A stretch of DNA of 64,000 nt from Halarcobacter sp. GTDB lineage: Bacteria; Campylobacterota; Campylobacteria; Campylobacterales; Arcobacteraceae. Shown here in pieces: positions 1 through 10,343 of the stretch (position 1 is its first letter; every line of letters starts with the position of its first letter). Location of the stretch: NCBI GenBank assembly GCA_048571215.1, contig CP182352.1, forward strand, positions 352,001 to 416,000, given 5' to 3'. Below the pieces are notes generated by a model that worked only from the letters and a program-made list of their open reading frames with translations, did no database searches and was not told where the DNA came from. The translations under genes were made by a program, and so were the position numbers.

Positions 1-1496
1 TCCATTACAAAGGGTTCATCTTCACTTTTAAATACAGTCATTTTTAATATTTTTGCAGCAATTAAACCTAAAACTGCTCCTGCAATATATATAAGAAATA
101 AAACATTTCCAGCATTTTCTTTTGCAAAAAATGCTCCAATAAATAGTACATAAATAGGAAGTCTAGCTCCACAACTCATAAAACCAATGATAAATAAAGT
201 TAATAATCTATCTCTGTCATTTTTAAGTGTTCGTGCTGCCATATATGCTGGTACTGAACAACCAAAGCCAGTAACTAAAGGGATAAATGATTTGCCATGT
301 AGTCCAAATTTATGGAAAAAACCATCAAGTAAAAAGGCAACTCTACTCATATATCCTGTAGTTTCAAGCAAGGCAATACCTAAAAATAAAATTACAATAT
401 TTGGCAAAAATAGTATAACAGCACCAACACCTGCAATTGCTCCATCTGCTATTATAGAAGAGAGTTCATTGTCACCTAAGAAAAGCTTAGTATTATCAAT
501 TAAGTTTGCAAAAAAAGCATCTATGATATCCATTGGGATATTTCCAAGTTCAAAGGTCATTTGAAATAAAGCCCACATTAAAAAAAGAAAAATAGGCAAA
601 CCTAAAAATTTATTAATAAGAATAGAATCGATTTTATCTGTTAAGGTTTTTTTCTCTTCATATGCACTTTTCATGCTAACAGTTTCAGTTACTGCACCCC
701 TTGCAAATGAAAATTTCTCATCTTCAAAAATATCATCAGGGTTTTTTGTATTGTAGTGTAAATATATATGTTCAAAAGAGTGGTTTAATAAAGGTTGTAA
801 CTCTATCCAAATGGGATCATCGTGAAACTGTAGATAAATCTTCTTATCATTTTGCAAGAGTTTTATAGCTATCTCTCTATAGTGCATATCACTTTCATAT
901 CTTTTTTCAACTAAAAAACTTTTTATATTAGATATCTCTTCTTCAATAACATCAGAAAAGATTAGTTTTGATTCAAATTTTGGTGATTCAAACTTTTCAA
1001 TTAAAAGTTCTATTAAGGTATCAATACCAAATTTATCCTTTGCAGAGGTTTTTACACAAGGTTTTCCAATGATTTTACTTAACTGTATCTCATCAATAGA
1101 TATTCCCTCTTTATTTGCTTCATCGGTCATATTAAGTGCAATTACCATTTTTTTATCTAAAATAAGTAGCTCACTTGTAAGATATAAATTTCTTTCTAAA
1201 TTAGTAGAGTCTAAGACATTTAAAATTATGTCATACTTAGCTTCTTCCAAATAGTTTTTTGTAACTTTTTCTTCAATTGTATACTCATTTAAAGCATAAG
1301 AACCAGGTAAATCAGTAATCTCAAATATATAATTTTTGTATTCAAACTCTATTTGGGTTTTTTCAACTGTAACCCCTGAGAAATTTCCTACTTTTAATTT
1401 AGAATTTGATATTGAGTTGATAAGCATAGATTTACCAACATTAGGTTGTCCTACTAGGGCAATTTTAATCTTTTTTTGTTCACTTATTTCTCGCAT
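1..1496 (-). CDS. feoB: Ferrous iron transporter B (runs off the window start)
   Basis: Manual translation from ATG at 1496: MREISEQKKIKIALVGQPNVGKS...NFSGVTVEK...DLPGSY (FeoB G-motifs), followed by transmembrane segments and FMSCGARLP; downstream of feoA. Confidence 0.95.
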   Translation of the reverse strand, partial: MREISEQKKIKIALVGQPNVGKSMLINSISNSKLKVGNFSGVTVEKTQIEFEYKNYIFEITDLPGSYALNEYTIEEKVTKNYLEEAKYDIILNVLDSTNLERNLYLTSELLILDKKMVIALNMTDEANKEGISIDEIQLSKIIGKPCVKTSAKDKFGIDTLIELLIEKFESPKFESKLIFSDVIEEEISNIKSFLVEKRYESDMHYREIAIKLLQNDKKIYLQFHDDPIWIELQPLLNHSFEHIYLHYNTKNPDDIFEDEKFSFARGAVTETVSMKSAYEEKKTLTDKIDSILINKFLGLPIFLFLMWALFQMTFELGNIPMDIIDAFFANLIDNTKLFLGDNELSSIIADGAIAGVGAVILFLPNIVILFLGIALLETTGYMSRVAFLLDGFFHKFGLHGKSFIPLVTGFGCSVPAYMAARTLKNDRDRLLTLFIIGFMSCGARLPIYVLFIGAFFAKENAGNVLFLIYIAGAVLGLIAAKILKMTVFKSEDEPFVM

Positions 1497-1720
1497 TGAG
1501 TTTTCTCTACTTCTATTGTTTCTGCTTCTGTAACTCTTAGTGCAATTTTTGTATTATTTACTTTTATCTCTATTGTATTTCTTGATAAGGTTTGTTCTAT
1601 TACAAAAATAGTTGAACCCTTTACTATACCAAATGAGTTAAATCTCGCTTTTAATACTGAATTTGTATTAATATTTACTATTTTACCACACTCATTTTTT
1701 CTTAATTCACTTAGTTTCAC
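1484..1720 (-). CDS. feoA: Ferrous iron transport protein A
   Basis: 78 aa SH3-like FeoA pattern (RFNSFGIVKGS...IALR) overlapping the feoB start. Confidence 0.9.
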   Translation of the reverse strand: MKLSELRKNECGKIVNINTNSVLKARFNSFGIVKGSTIFVIEQTLSRNTIEIKVNNTKIALRVTEAETIEVEKTQCEK

Positions 1721-1774
1721 ACTTTACCTTAAAATAATATTGTTTAATTATAAATAAATAGTATATCAAATATA

Positions 1775-1810
1775 TGATAATAGTTACATTTTACTAAAGA
1801 ATAACTATCA
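1775..1810. promoter_or_regulatory. Putative Fur boxes between divergent feoA and fur
   Basis: TGATAATAGTTACA and AGAATAACTATCA partially match the 7-1-7 TGATAAT-N-ATTATCA consensus. Confidence 0.5.
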
Positions 1811-1895
1811 TTTTCAATTTTGTTACTTGTTTTTAACTTCCTTTGATTTAGATTTTGCAATAATTATTCCAATACAAATAGTTTAAGGTTTTAAA

Positions 1896-2339
1896 ATGAT
1901 AAAAAGTGATGATATAATTGATGAATTGAAAAAAATTGTTAAACAAAAAGGTTTAAAATATACAGAACAAAGAGAGATTGTATTAAGTGTATTACTTCAT
2001 GCTGATGGACATTTAACAGCAGAAGAGGTTTATAATTTAATAAAAACAAAAAAACCTGATTCAAACATTGGTATTGCCACTGTGTATAGGGCTTTGAGTT
2101 TTTTAGAAGAGGTAAACTTAATCACATCAATCAATTTTGGTGTAGATGGAAAAAAATTTGAAAGTAATCAAAAAGAACATCATGACCATCTTATTTGTAC
2201 CTCATGTGGTGCTATTGTAGAGTTTATGGATAATGAAATAGAAAAAAGACAAGAGCGAATTGCAAAGAAAAATAAATTTAAGGTTACAAGTCACTCTATG
2301 CAATTATATGGTGTATGTAAGAAATGTCAAGGGGACTAG
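1896..2339 (+). CDS. fur: Ferric uptake regulator family protein
   Basis: TEQR, IGIATVYRAL, HHDHLICxxCG and C-terminal CxxC motifs. Confidence 0.92.
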   Translation: MIKSDDIIDELKKIVKQKGLKYTEQREIVLSVLLHADGHLTAEEVYNLIKTKKPDSNIGIATVYRALSFLEEVNLITSINFGVDGKKFESNQKEHHDHLICTSCGAIVEFMDNEIEKRQERIAKKNKFKVTSHSMQLYGVCKKCQGD

Positions 2340-2836
2340 TTAAAATCATTTTTTAACTGTTCTACCCATTTTTTTACTCTTTTTAAAGTTAAACTTTTTT
2401 GATTTATTAAATCTATAGCCAATCCTACAAACTGATCTTCAACAACTGCTTTTGATGAGTTAAAATCATAGCTTTTTGTTGAAGTAAAACCAATCATCTC
2501 TGCATTTGATTTTTTAAGTTGTTCATATAATATGCCCATAGCATCTACAAAATTGTTAGGGTAATTTTTTTGATCACCTAAGCCAAAAATAGCAACTTTT
2601 TTCCCATTAAAATCAATTTTCGAAAAATCTTCCCAAATTTTTTCCCATTCATTTTGCATAGTACCACGATTATATGTTGAAATACCAAATATTAAATTAT
2701 CATAATCTCTTATAAAATCACTAGTTGTGATTTTTATATCAAATTTTTTAATTTGATCTAATTGACTTGATATTTCATTGGCAACTTCTTTGGTATCTCC
2801 GGAACTACTTGAATAGAATATTGCTGTATTCTTCAT
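2336..2836 (-). CDS. fldA: Long-chain flavodoxin
   Basis: FYSSSSGDT, GISTY, AIFGLGDQxxYxxNFVDAMG, FVGLAID. Confidence 0.88.
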   Translation of the reverse strand: MKNTAIFYSSSSGDTKEVANEISSQLDQIKKFDIKITTSDFIRDYDNLIFGISTYNRGTMQNEWEKIWEDFSKIDFNGKKVAIFGLGDQKNYPNNFVDAMGILYEQLKKSNAEMIGFTSTKSYDFNSSKAVVEDQFVGLAIDLINQKSLTLKRVKKWVEQLKNDFN

Positions 2837-2951
2837 ATCGTACTCCTTAAATCTTAATTATAAATATTATATCAGGTTTTATTAGATTTATGTTATTATT
2901 TTGTACTTAAAAAATACTTTTAACTTTAAGTAACTTAAAAAAAGGGAAATA

Positions 2952-3857
2952 TTGAATAAAATTTTAATATTATTTTTTCTTATAATTGTAAATATTTTTG
3001 CTTCAGGAATAACTGCTATACCAACAAATATCGCATACGATAAAAACAAAGCACTCTTAGGAAAAAAACTTTTTTTTGATACTAGATTATCAAAAAACAA
3101 TACTATATCTTGTGCAACTTGTCATGATTTAAAAAATGGTGGAGATGATGGTTTGAAATTCTCTTTTGGAATAGATGGACAAGAGGGGAGTGTTAATGCT
3201 CCAACTGTTTTAAATGCGGTATTTAATTTTAGACAATTTTGGGATGGAAGAGCAAAAAATTTAAAAGAACAAGCCCTAGGACCAGTTGAAAATCCAATTG
3301 AGATGGGTCATAATTTTAAGGATTTAGTTAAAGAGTTGAAAAATACTGAGTATGAAGAGATTTTTTCTAAAATCTATGATGATGGGATTACCAAAGATAA
3401 TATAGCAGACTCAATTGCAGAATTTGAAAAAACATTAATAACTCCAAACTCTAGATTTGATAGGTTTCTAAAAGGTGATAAAGATGCACTTTCAGATTTT
3501 GAAAAACAAGGTTATGAGATTTTTAAAATGAAAGGTTGTATTGCATGTCATCATGGTAGAAATGTTGGGGGCAATTCATATAATCGTTTTGGAGTTATTG
3601 TGGATGTAAAAAACAATAATCTAGGACGATATAATATAACAAAAGATGAAAGAGATAAATATAATTTCAAAGTACCTAGTTTAAGAAGTATAGAGTTAAC
3701 ATCTCCATATTTTAATGATGGAAGAGTAGATACATTAAAAGAAGCTGTTGAAACAATGTCTGAAGTACAACTTGGCAGACCCATTTCTGAGGATGAAGTT
3801 GAAAAAATTGTCGCTTTTTTAAAAACCTTAACGGCAGATGTTAAAATAATAGAATAA
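2952..3857 (+). CDS. Di-heme cytochrome c peroxidase family protein
   Basis: Signal peptide, two CxxCH motifs (CATCH, CIACH), QFWDGRA, FKVPSLR. Confidence 0.88.
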   Translation: MNKILILFFLIIVNIFASGITAIPTNIAYDKNKALLGKKLFFDTRLSKNNTISCATCHDLKNGGDDGLKFSFGIDGQEGSVNAPTVLNAVFNFRQFWDGRAKNLKEQALGPVENPIEMGHNFKDLVKELKNTEYEEIFSKIYDDGITKDNIADSIAEFEKTLITPNSRFDRFLKGDKDALSDFEKQGYEIFKMKGCIACHHGRNVGGNSYNRFGVIVDVKNNNLGRYNITKDERDKYNFKVPSLRSIELTSPYFNDGRVDTLKEAVETMSEVQLGRPISEDEVEKIVAFLKTLTADVKIIE

Positions 3858-3871
3858 TTATAAGTAAAAGT

Positions 3872-6716
3872 ATGGGAATTTTTAAAAATAAATTTAATTT
3901 ACAAATATTGATATTTACTATATTGATTAGTTCTTTATTTATCTATTTATACAAGATTGAAATAAATGTTAGAAATTTCAACAACTATAAAAATGAGATA
4001 AACTCTTTAAATGTTTTGAATTTAAGATTTAATATATTTTTAAATAAAAAAGATAAATTCATAAATTTTGATGAGATTGTCTCTCAAATAAATAGTTTTG
4101 ATAAGATATTAAACTCTTTACAAAATAGTAAAATAAAAAAAGATTTCGGTTCAAATATTATCTATATATTAAATAGTATCGAAAAAGATTTTAATAAAAA
4201 ACTGCTAATAATTGAAAAATTTAAATCCTTACAAGCTACAGATTTAAACTCTATCCATTTTGTTTATGATATTAATCAATATTATGAAAAAAATGAAAAT
4301 CTAAATAAAAATTTAAAACTTTTTATAAATAAAACGCAATTTTTATTATTACAATATTTTTTAGATTTAAGTGAAAATAAAAATGAGATTTATAAAAATT
4401 TGATCCATATAAAAGATGCGAATAAAAATCTAAAACTAGATAGATTAAAGTTATTTAATAGACATGTTACTAGAATATTAAATAATGTTGATTTAAAAAA
4501 AGAGTTGATATTTAATTCCCAAAAAATAAATTTAGGAAAAAAAATTGTAAGTTTAGAAAAACTATTACAAGCAGAATATGAAAAAAAACTATTTTATCAA
4601 CAAATAATTGCTACAATCTTTTTTCTTTCAATTATGGCTATTCTTTTTATAGTTTATATTCAACACCTAAGAACTTTAAAAATAAAAAGAGAATTATCTG
4701 CTTTTAAATATGCTGTTGAAAATAGTGATAACTCTATAGTTTTAACAGACTCAAGTAGGAAAATCTTATATGTAAATGATATTTTTGAAAAAAATACAGG
4801 TTACTTCAAAGATGAGTTATTGGGTGAAAAACCAAAAGTTTTAAGTTCAGGACTAACTTCCCAAGAGATATATGATGATTTAAATAAAAAATTAGAATCT
4901 GGAGAAAAATGGGAAGGTGAATTTATAAATAAAAGAAAAAATGGTTCAATCTTTTATGAAAAAGCATCAATTGTACCAATTAAAATAGATGATGAAGTGG
5001 TTAATTATCTAGCAATAAAACTTGATGTAACAAAATATATAGAACAAAATGAAAAGCTAAAGCTCTCATCTATTGCTTTTAATAATATTCAAGAGGGAGT
5101 TTTAATTTGTGATAAAGATGAAAAAATACTAGCTGTAAATAAGGCCTTTGAAATCATAAGTGGATATAGACAAAGTGAACTTATAGATAAAAGACCAAAT
5201 ATTTTTAAATCGGGCAATCATGATATATTTTTCTATAAAGAAATGTGGAATGAACTAAATGAAAATGGTTACTGGAAGGGTAAAATATACGATAAAAGAA
5301 AAGATGGAAAAGTTATACCTATTTGGTTGAATATAACTCAAGTAAAAAATAAAGATGGTAAAATCTCAAAATATATAGCAGTACATACAAATTTAGAGGA
5401 GATTATAAAAAACCAAGAAAAAGCTGATTATCTTGCCTATCATGATAGTTTAACCTCTTTGCCAAATAGAGTTAAATTAGAAGAGGACTTAAACTACACT
5501 TTAAATTTTGTAAAAAGAAATGAACTAAATCTATTTTTATTATTTATAGATTTGGATAGATTTAAAATAATCAATGATACCTTAGGGCATGATATAGGTG
5601 ATGAGTTACTAAAAATTGTATCAAAAAGGATTAAAAATATTTTAAGGGATACAGATATAGTTACTAGAATGGGTGGAGATGAGTTTATTGTAGTTTTAGA
5701 TTCTGCTAGAAATAAAAAAGCAGCAGGTTATGTTTGTGAATCAATTTTATCAATTATAAAAGAGCCTATTATAATAGGAGAACACTCTTTAAATATTAGT
5801 GCAAGTTATAGGAGTATCAATGTATCCTGATGATGGGGAAGATATAACTTCTTTAGTGAAAAATGCAGATACTGCAATGTACCAAGCAAAAAAATTAGGG
5901 AAAAACACTTACCACTATTATGATCAGGAGTTATCTGTAATTGTACATAAACAACTACAAATAGAACAAGCTTTAAAAGAAGCCCTAGCAAAAGAACAGA
6001 TGTTCTTAAATTATCAACCTCAATATCTTTTAGATACAAAAGAGATTATAGCCTTTGAAGCACTTGTTAGATGGATACATCCAGAAATAGGATTTGTACC
6101 TCCCGATAAGTTTATCCCTATAGCAGAAGATACAGGAAGTATAGTTGAGATTGGTAGGTTTGTTTTTGAAAAAGCGTGTGAAGATTTTAAAAAGTTTAAA
6201 GAGGTCAAAAAAAATCTAAAATATATTGCAATAAATATTTCAAGTATCCAATTTAAAGATAAAAATTTTATAAATGATATAACATCAATAGTAAAAAAAT
6301 ATGATTTAAAACCAAATGAGGTGGAACTTGAGGTAACAGAGCGTTACTTAATGGATTTTTCAAAAAACAATCTACATACTATTGATATGATTAGAGACTT
6401 AGGGTTTAGATTCTCTATTGATGATTTTGGTACGGGATATTCATCTATGAGTTACTTAACAAAACTTCCAATAGATGTAATAAAAGTAGATAAATCGTTT
6501 ATTGATGGTATTCCTAAAGATAATAACAATATTCAAATTTCAAAAGCAATTATAGTCTTATCAAAAAGTTTAGGCTTTAGTGTTACAGCTGAAGGGATTG
6601 AAAATAGTGAACAAGAAGATTTCTTGAAAATTCAAAAATGTAATCTAGGGCAAGGGTATCTATTTTCAAAACCTTTAAGTTTTGAAGATAGTTTGGCTTT
6701 ACTAAAAAAAGAGTAG
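3872..6716 (+). pseudogene. Membrane sensor PAS-PAS-GGDEF-EAL protein split by a +1 frameshift (or sequencing error)
   Basis: ORF 3872-5830 has 2 TM segments, 2 PAS domains and GGDEF; ORF 5799-6716 has the GGDEF tail plus EAL/DDFGTG; removing one T at 5806-5807 restores NISASIGVSMYPDDG. Confidence 0.85.
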
Positions 6717-7019
6717 TTATTTACTCTTTTTCCCAGGAAGGTATTTAAAAAATAGATATAGTACTAATACCATTACTATAACTATTAAAACTGACTGAAC
6801 ACTTAACTCAACTTCTGGACCAACACCTCTTTGGTAATTCTTTGGCATAAAAAGAAACATAGTAGAAAGCAACATAAAAGATGCGGTAATTATTGCAATT
6901 AAGTGTGCAAATACCATATGAAATTTATCTTTATAAAAATCTTTTACCATTTTCCATGTTATAAATGAAGCTGTAAATACAATCACTAGTACTATAATCT
7001 TGTCATAATTTGGTTCCAT
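6717..7019 (-). CDS. Small membrane protein (3 TM), unknown function
   Basis: 100 aa hydrophobic ORF with AAGGA RBS. Confidence 0.7.
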   Translation of the reverse strand: MEPNYDKIIVLVIVFTASFITWKMVKDFYKDKFHMVFAHLIAIITASFMLLSTMFLFMPKNYQRGVGPEVELSVQSVLIVIVMVLVLYLFFKYLPGKKSK

Positions 7020-7188
7020 AACAATCCTTAAATAAAATGAACTATATTTTATGGAGTATTTACTTAAAGTAGCTTTTAAATTTTTAAATATTGTTAACTT
7101 ATATGAAAATAGGTTAATATTTACAATATTGTATATAGAATATACAAGATTAACTTATATCAAAGTATATATAATGTTATCATTTTAT

Positions 7189-7983
7189 ATGAAAAAGATA
7201 ATATTTACAGATTTAGATGGAACTTTCTTAAATCATGATGACTACTCTTTTACTAGTTCACAAGAAGCTTTAAAATTAATTTCGAAAGAAAACATACCCT
7301 TAATATTTACAACAAGCAAAACAAAAACAGAAGTGGAGTTACTTCAAAAAGAGGTTGGGATAAAAGAGCCTTTTATTGTTGAAAATGGTGCAGCTATATT
7401 TTTTCCAAAAGATTATAAAAATTTTGATTTATCATTTCTTGATTTAAAAGATGACTATTATGTAGTTCAACTAGGGCTTAGTTATAAACAGATTTTAAAT
7501 TTTTATAATAAATATAAAGATGAGTTTGGAATGTATGGCTTTAGTGATATGAGTGATAAAGAACTTGGGGAATTTACCTCTTTAAGTAAAGATAAAATTA
7601 GATTAAGTAAAAGTAGGGGTTTTACAGAACCATTTATTTTAAAAGATAAAACAAAACTAAAAAATTTAAAAGCTTTAGCTTTAACCTATAAGATAAAAGT
7701 AACAAAAGGTGGTAGGTTTTATCATTTAATTGGTGAACACCAAGATAAAGGGGTTGCTGTTAAAAAAGCAAAAGAGATTTTTAAAAAGATATATCAAAAA
7801 AAAGTTGTATCAATAGGTTTAGGAGATGGACCAAATGATATAGAGATGTTAAAAAATGTTAATATACCTATTATAATTAAAAATCATAAGGGTGAATATT
7901 TAAAAACAGATATAAAATCTGTACAAAAATCCTCTTTCAAGGGTTCAAAAGGGTGGAATGAGATGGTGATTAAAAATGTCTAA
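7189..7983 (+). CDS. HAD-IIB mannosyl/glucosyl-3-phosphoglycerate phosphatase (MpgP/GpgP-like)
   Basis: FTDLDGT, TSKT, ENG, GGRFYH, GLGDGPND; start reassigned to ATG 7189. Confidence 0.85.
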   Translation: MKKIIFTDLDGTFLNHDDYSFTSSQEALKLISKENIPLIFTTSKTKTEVELLQKEVGIKEPFIVENGAAIFFPKDYKNFDLSFLDLKDDYYVVQLGLSYKQILNFYNKYKDEFGMYGFSDMSDKELGEFTSLSKDKIRLSKSRGFTEPFILKDKTKLKNLKALALTYKIKVTKGGRFYHLIGEHQDKGVAVKKAKEIFKKIYQKKVVSIGLGDGPNDIEMLKNVNIPIIIKNHKGEYLKTDIKSVQKSSFKGSKGWNEMVIKNV

Positions 7984-9139
7984 ACAGTTACTAGAAAAAA
8001 TATATTTTGAAGCTTTAAAAAAAGTAAAAGCAAACTCTATAATAAAAGATAATATATCAATAAATAAAGATATCTTGACAATTGTTGAAAAAAAATATGA
8101 TTTAAAAAATTTCAATAAACTTTATATTTTTGGTATTGGTAAAGCAGCCTATGCTATGGCAAAAGAGTGTGAAACTATTTTAGGTAAAAAAATAAGTGAT
8201 GGAGTTGTAATATCAACGTCTAAAGGGGATTTAAAATACCTTAAACATTTTACTTCAACTCACCCTTTAGTATCTAAAAAAAGTGAAGAAGCAGCAGATT
8301 TATTGATTGAAAAAATTGAACAATTAAAAAAAGATGATCTATTTATTTTTTTTCTCTCGGGAGGAGCTTCTGCAATGGTTGAAAAACCAATTAAAGGGAT
8401 AAGTCTTGAGGATTTTACTAAAATCTCTAAAGCTCTTCTAACAAGTGGAATAGATATCAAAGCTTTAAATAGTGTAAGAAAATCTATATCACAAATAAAA
8501 GGTGGAAAATTAGCCAATAAGTTTATAGCAAAAGGTGAGGTTTTAGTTTTAAGTGATGTAATTGGGGATGATATAAACACAATAGGATCAGCACCAATGA
8601 ATAATGGAAAGTTTGAACATCATATTGTTGGTAATAATAAAATTGCTTTAAAAGAGGCAAGAAAATTTATAAAAAAAGATGTACAAAAGGTGAAAATTGT
8701 CACCACAAAACTTGATAAAAGTACAAAAAAAGCAACAAAATATATAACAAACAAAATAAAAGAGTTTGATAAAAAATATGATAGTTTTTGTTTATTGTTT
8801 GCTGGTGAAACAACTACAATTGTAAATGGCAGTGGAGTAGGGGGACGAAACCAAGAGTTAGCACTTCGACTTCTTTTAGAAAACAGACCAAATGAAAATA
8901 TCTCGTTTTTATGTGCAGGTAGTGATGGAATAGATGGGAATTCAGATGCAACAGGAGCTTTTGTTGATAGTGAACTTTATAAAAAGTTAAAAAAATCAAA
9001 ATTAGACCCAAGAAAATATTTAAAAAATAGTGATAGTAACACATTCTTTAAAAGATTAGGATATGATTTTACAATAGGAATAACAGGTACAAATGTAATG
9101 GATTTTATTATAGTATTAAAGGATAAACAAAATGGCTGA
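7976..9139 (+). CDS. Glycerate kinase, MOFRL/GckA-TtuD type
   Basis: GIGKAA, LSGGASA, IKGGKLA, SDVIGD, GETT, GGRNQE, DGIDG, TGTNVMD. Confidence 0.9.
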   Translation: MSKQLLEKIYFEALKKVKANSIIKDNISINKDILTIVEKKYDLKNFNKLYIFGIGKAAYAMAKECETILGKKISDGVVISTSKGDLKYLKHFTSTHPLVSKKSEEAADLLIEKIEQLKKDDLFIFFLSGGASAMVEKPIKGISLEDFTKISKALLTSGIDIKALNSVRKSISQIKGGKLANKFIAKGEVLVLSDVIGDDINTIGSAPMNNGKFEHHIVGNNKIALKEARKFIKKDVQKVKIVTTKLDKSTKKATKYITNKIKEFDKKYDSFCLLFAGETTTIVNGSGVGGRNQELALRLLLENRPNENISFLCAGSDGIDGNSDATGAFVDSELYKKLKKSKLDPRKYLKNSDSNTFFKRLGYDFTIGITGTNVMDFIIVLKDKQNG

Positions 9140-10343
9140 TTTTTTTCAAAATGGTGTGATAACTACCCTTCCAAACTTAGGTGATAGAAAACTAGAAGAT
9201 ATGGAAAAAGATTTAGAATATTATGGGAAAAGAAGAAGAATGGTTCTTTTATTACCAGCTTTGTATTCAGAATTTGAAACTCCTGCAATGCATAAAATTA
9301 TTGAAGAGTTAAAAGGTGTTAAATATTTGTATAAAATCATTTTAGGTTTAGATAGGGCAACACAAGAACAATTTGAAGAGGTTAAAAAACTGATGTCAGT
9401 TCTTCCTTGTAAGGTTGATGTTTTATGGAATGATGGACCTAGAATAAAAGAGTTATATGATGATTTGACAAAAGAGGGATTCCCTGGATTAGATACCCCT
9501 GGAAAAGGAAGAAACGTATGGACAATGATTGGTTATGGTTTGGCAGATAAAGATGCATATGCCTTTGCTTTACATGATTGTGATATTGTAAATTATAGTA
9601 AAGAGATACCTGCAAGATTATTTTATCCAATAGTACATACAGCTTTAGATTTTGAATTTAATAAAGGTTATTACTCAAGGGTTACAAATAAACTTCATGG
9701 TAGAGCAACTAGACTTTTATATACTCCTTTAATTAATTCCCTTACAAAAGTGTATGGAAGTAGTAGATATTTAGATTATATGGAAAGTTTTAGATATGCA
9801 CTATCTGGAGAGTTTTCATTTATAAGAAGTTTAGGTAGAGGGATTGGAATCTCTCCAACATGGGGTTTAGAGGTTTCAACATTAAGTGAGGTTTATAAAA
9901 ACACTTCAAATAAAAGAATCTGCCAAACTGAGATTATGGAGAGTTATGAACACAAACATCAAGAGTTAGGTGGAGTAGATACAGGTGGTGGTATTTATAA
10001 AATGGCTAATGATATAGCTAAAACACTTTTTAGAGTTATGGCACAAGAGGGTGTTGTTTTTTCAAAAGCTTCATTTAAAACTTTATTGGCTGCATATTTC
10101 CAAGAATCAAGATTTGAAATTTCAAAATATAACGCACTTAGTAAATTAAATGGTTTAGAGTATAACAGAGAAAAAGAGATAAAAGCTGTAGAAGCTTTTC
10201 AAGTTGCAATTGAAGAGGCAGCCAATGAGTTTTATAAAGATCCAATGGGAGTGCCTTCTTTATCACCATGGATTACTGTTCGTTCTGTTATGCCTGATTT
10301 TTCTGATAAGTTTGCTAAATATGTAGAAGAGGATAATCGATGA
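9132..10343 (+). CDS. Glucosyl-3-phosphoglycerate synthase-like glycosyltransferase
   Basis: MADFFQNG start, GKGRNVW, HDCDI, KGYY, GRATRL, YALSGEF, WGLE; clustered with the phosphatase. Confidence 0.8.
   Translation: MADFFQNGVITTLPNLGDRKLEDMEKDLEYYGKRRRMVLLLPALYSEFETPAMHKIIEELKGVKYLYKIILGLDRATQEQFEEVKKLMSVLPCKVDVLWNDGPRIKELYDDLTKEGFPGLDTPGKGRNVWTMIGYGLADKDAYAFALHDCDIVNYSKEIPARLFYPIVHTALDFEFNKGYYSRVTNKLHGRATRLLYTPLINSLTKVYGSSRYLDYMESFRYALSGEFSFIRSLGRGIGISPTWGLEVSTLSEVYKNTSNKRICQTEIMESYEHKHQELGGVDTGGGIYKMANDIAKTLFRVMAQEGVVFSKASFKTLLAAYFQESRFEISKYNALSKLNGLEYNREKEIKAVEAFQVAIEEAANEFYKDPMGVPSLSPWITVRSVMPDFSDKFAKYVEEDNR

Noticed and set aside
187..1533. Plus-strand ORFs 187-564, 1069-1254 and 1336-1533
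   Set aside because: Antisense shadows of feoB
7051..7188. Long N-terminal extension of the HAD phosphatase (similarly 14365 for pgl and 33069 for the ATPase)
   Set aside because: AT-rich upstream or overlapping sequence; family motifs begin at downstream ATGs
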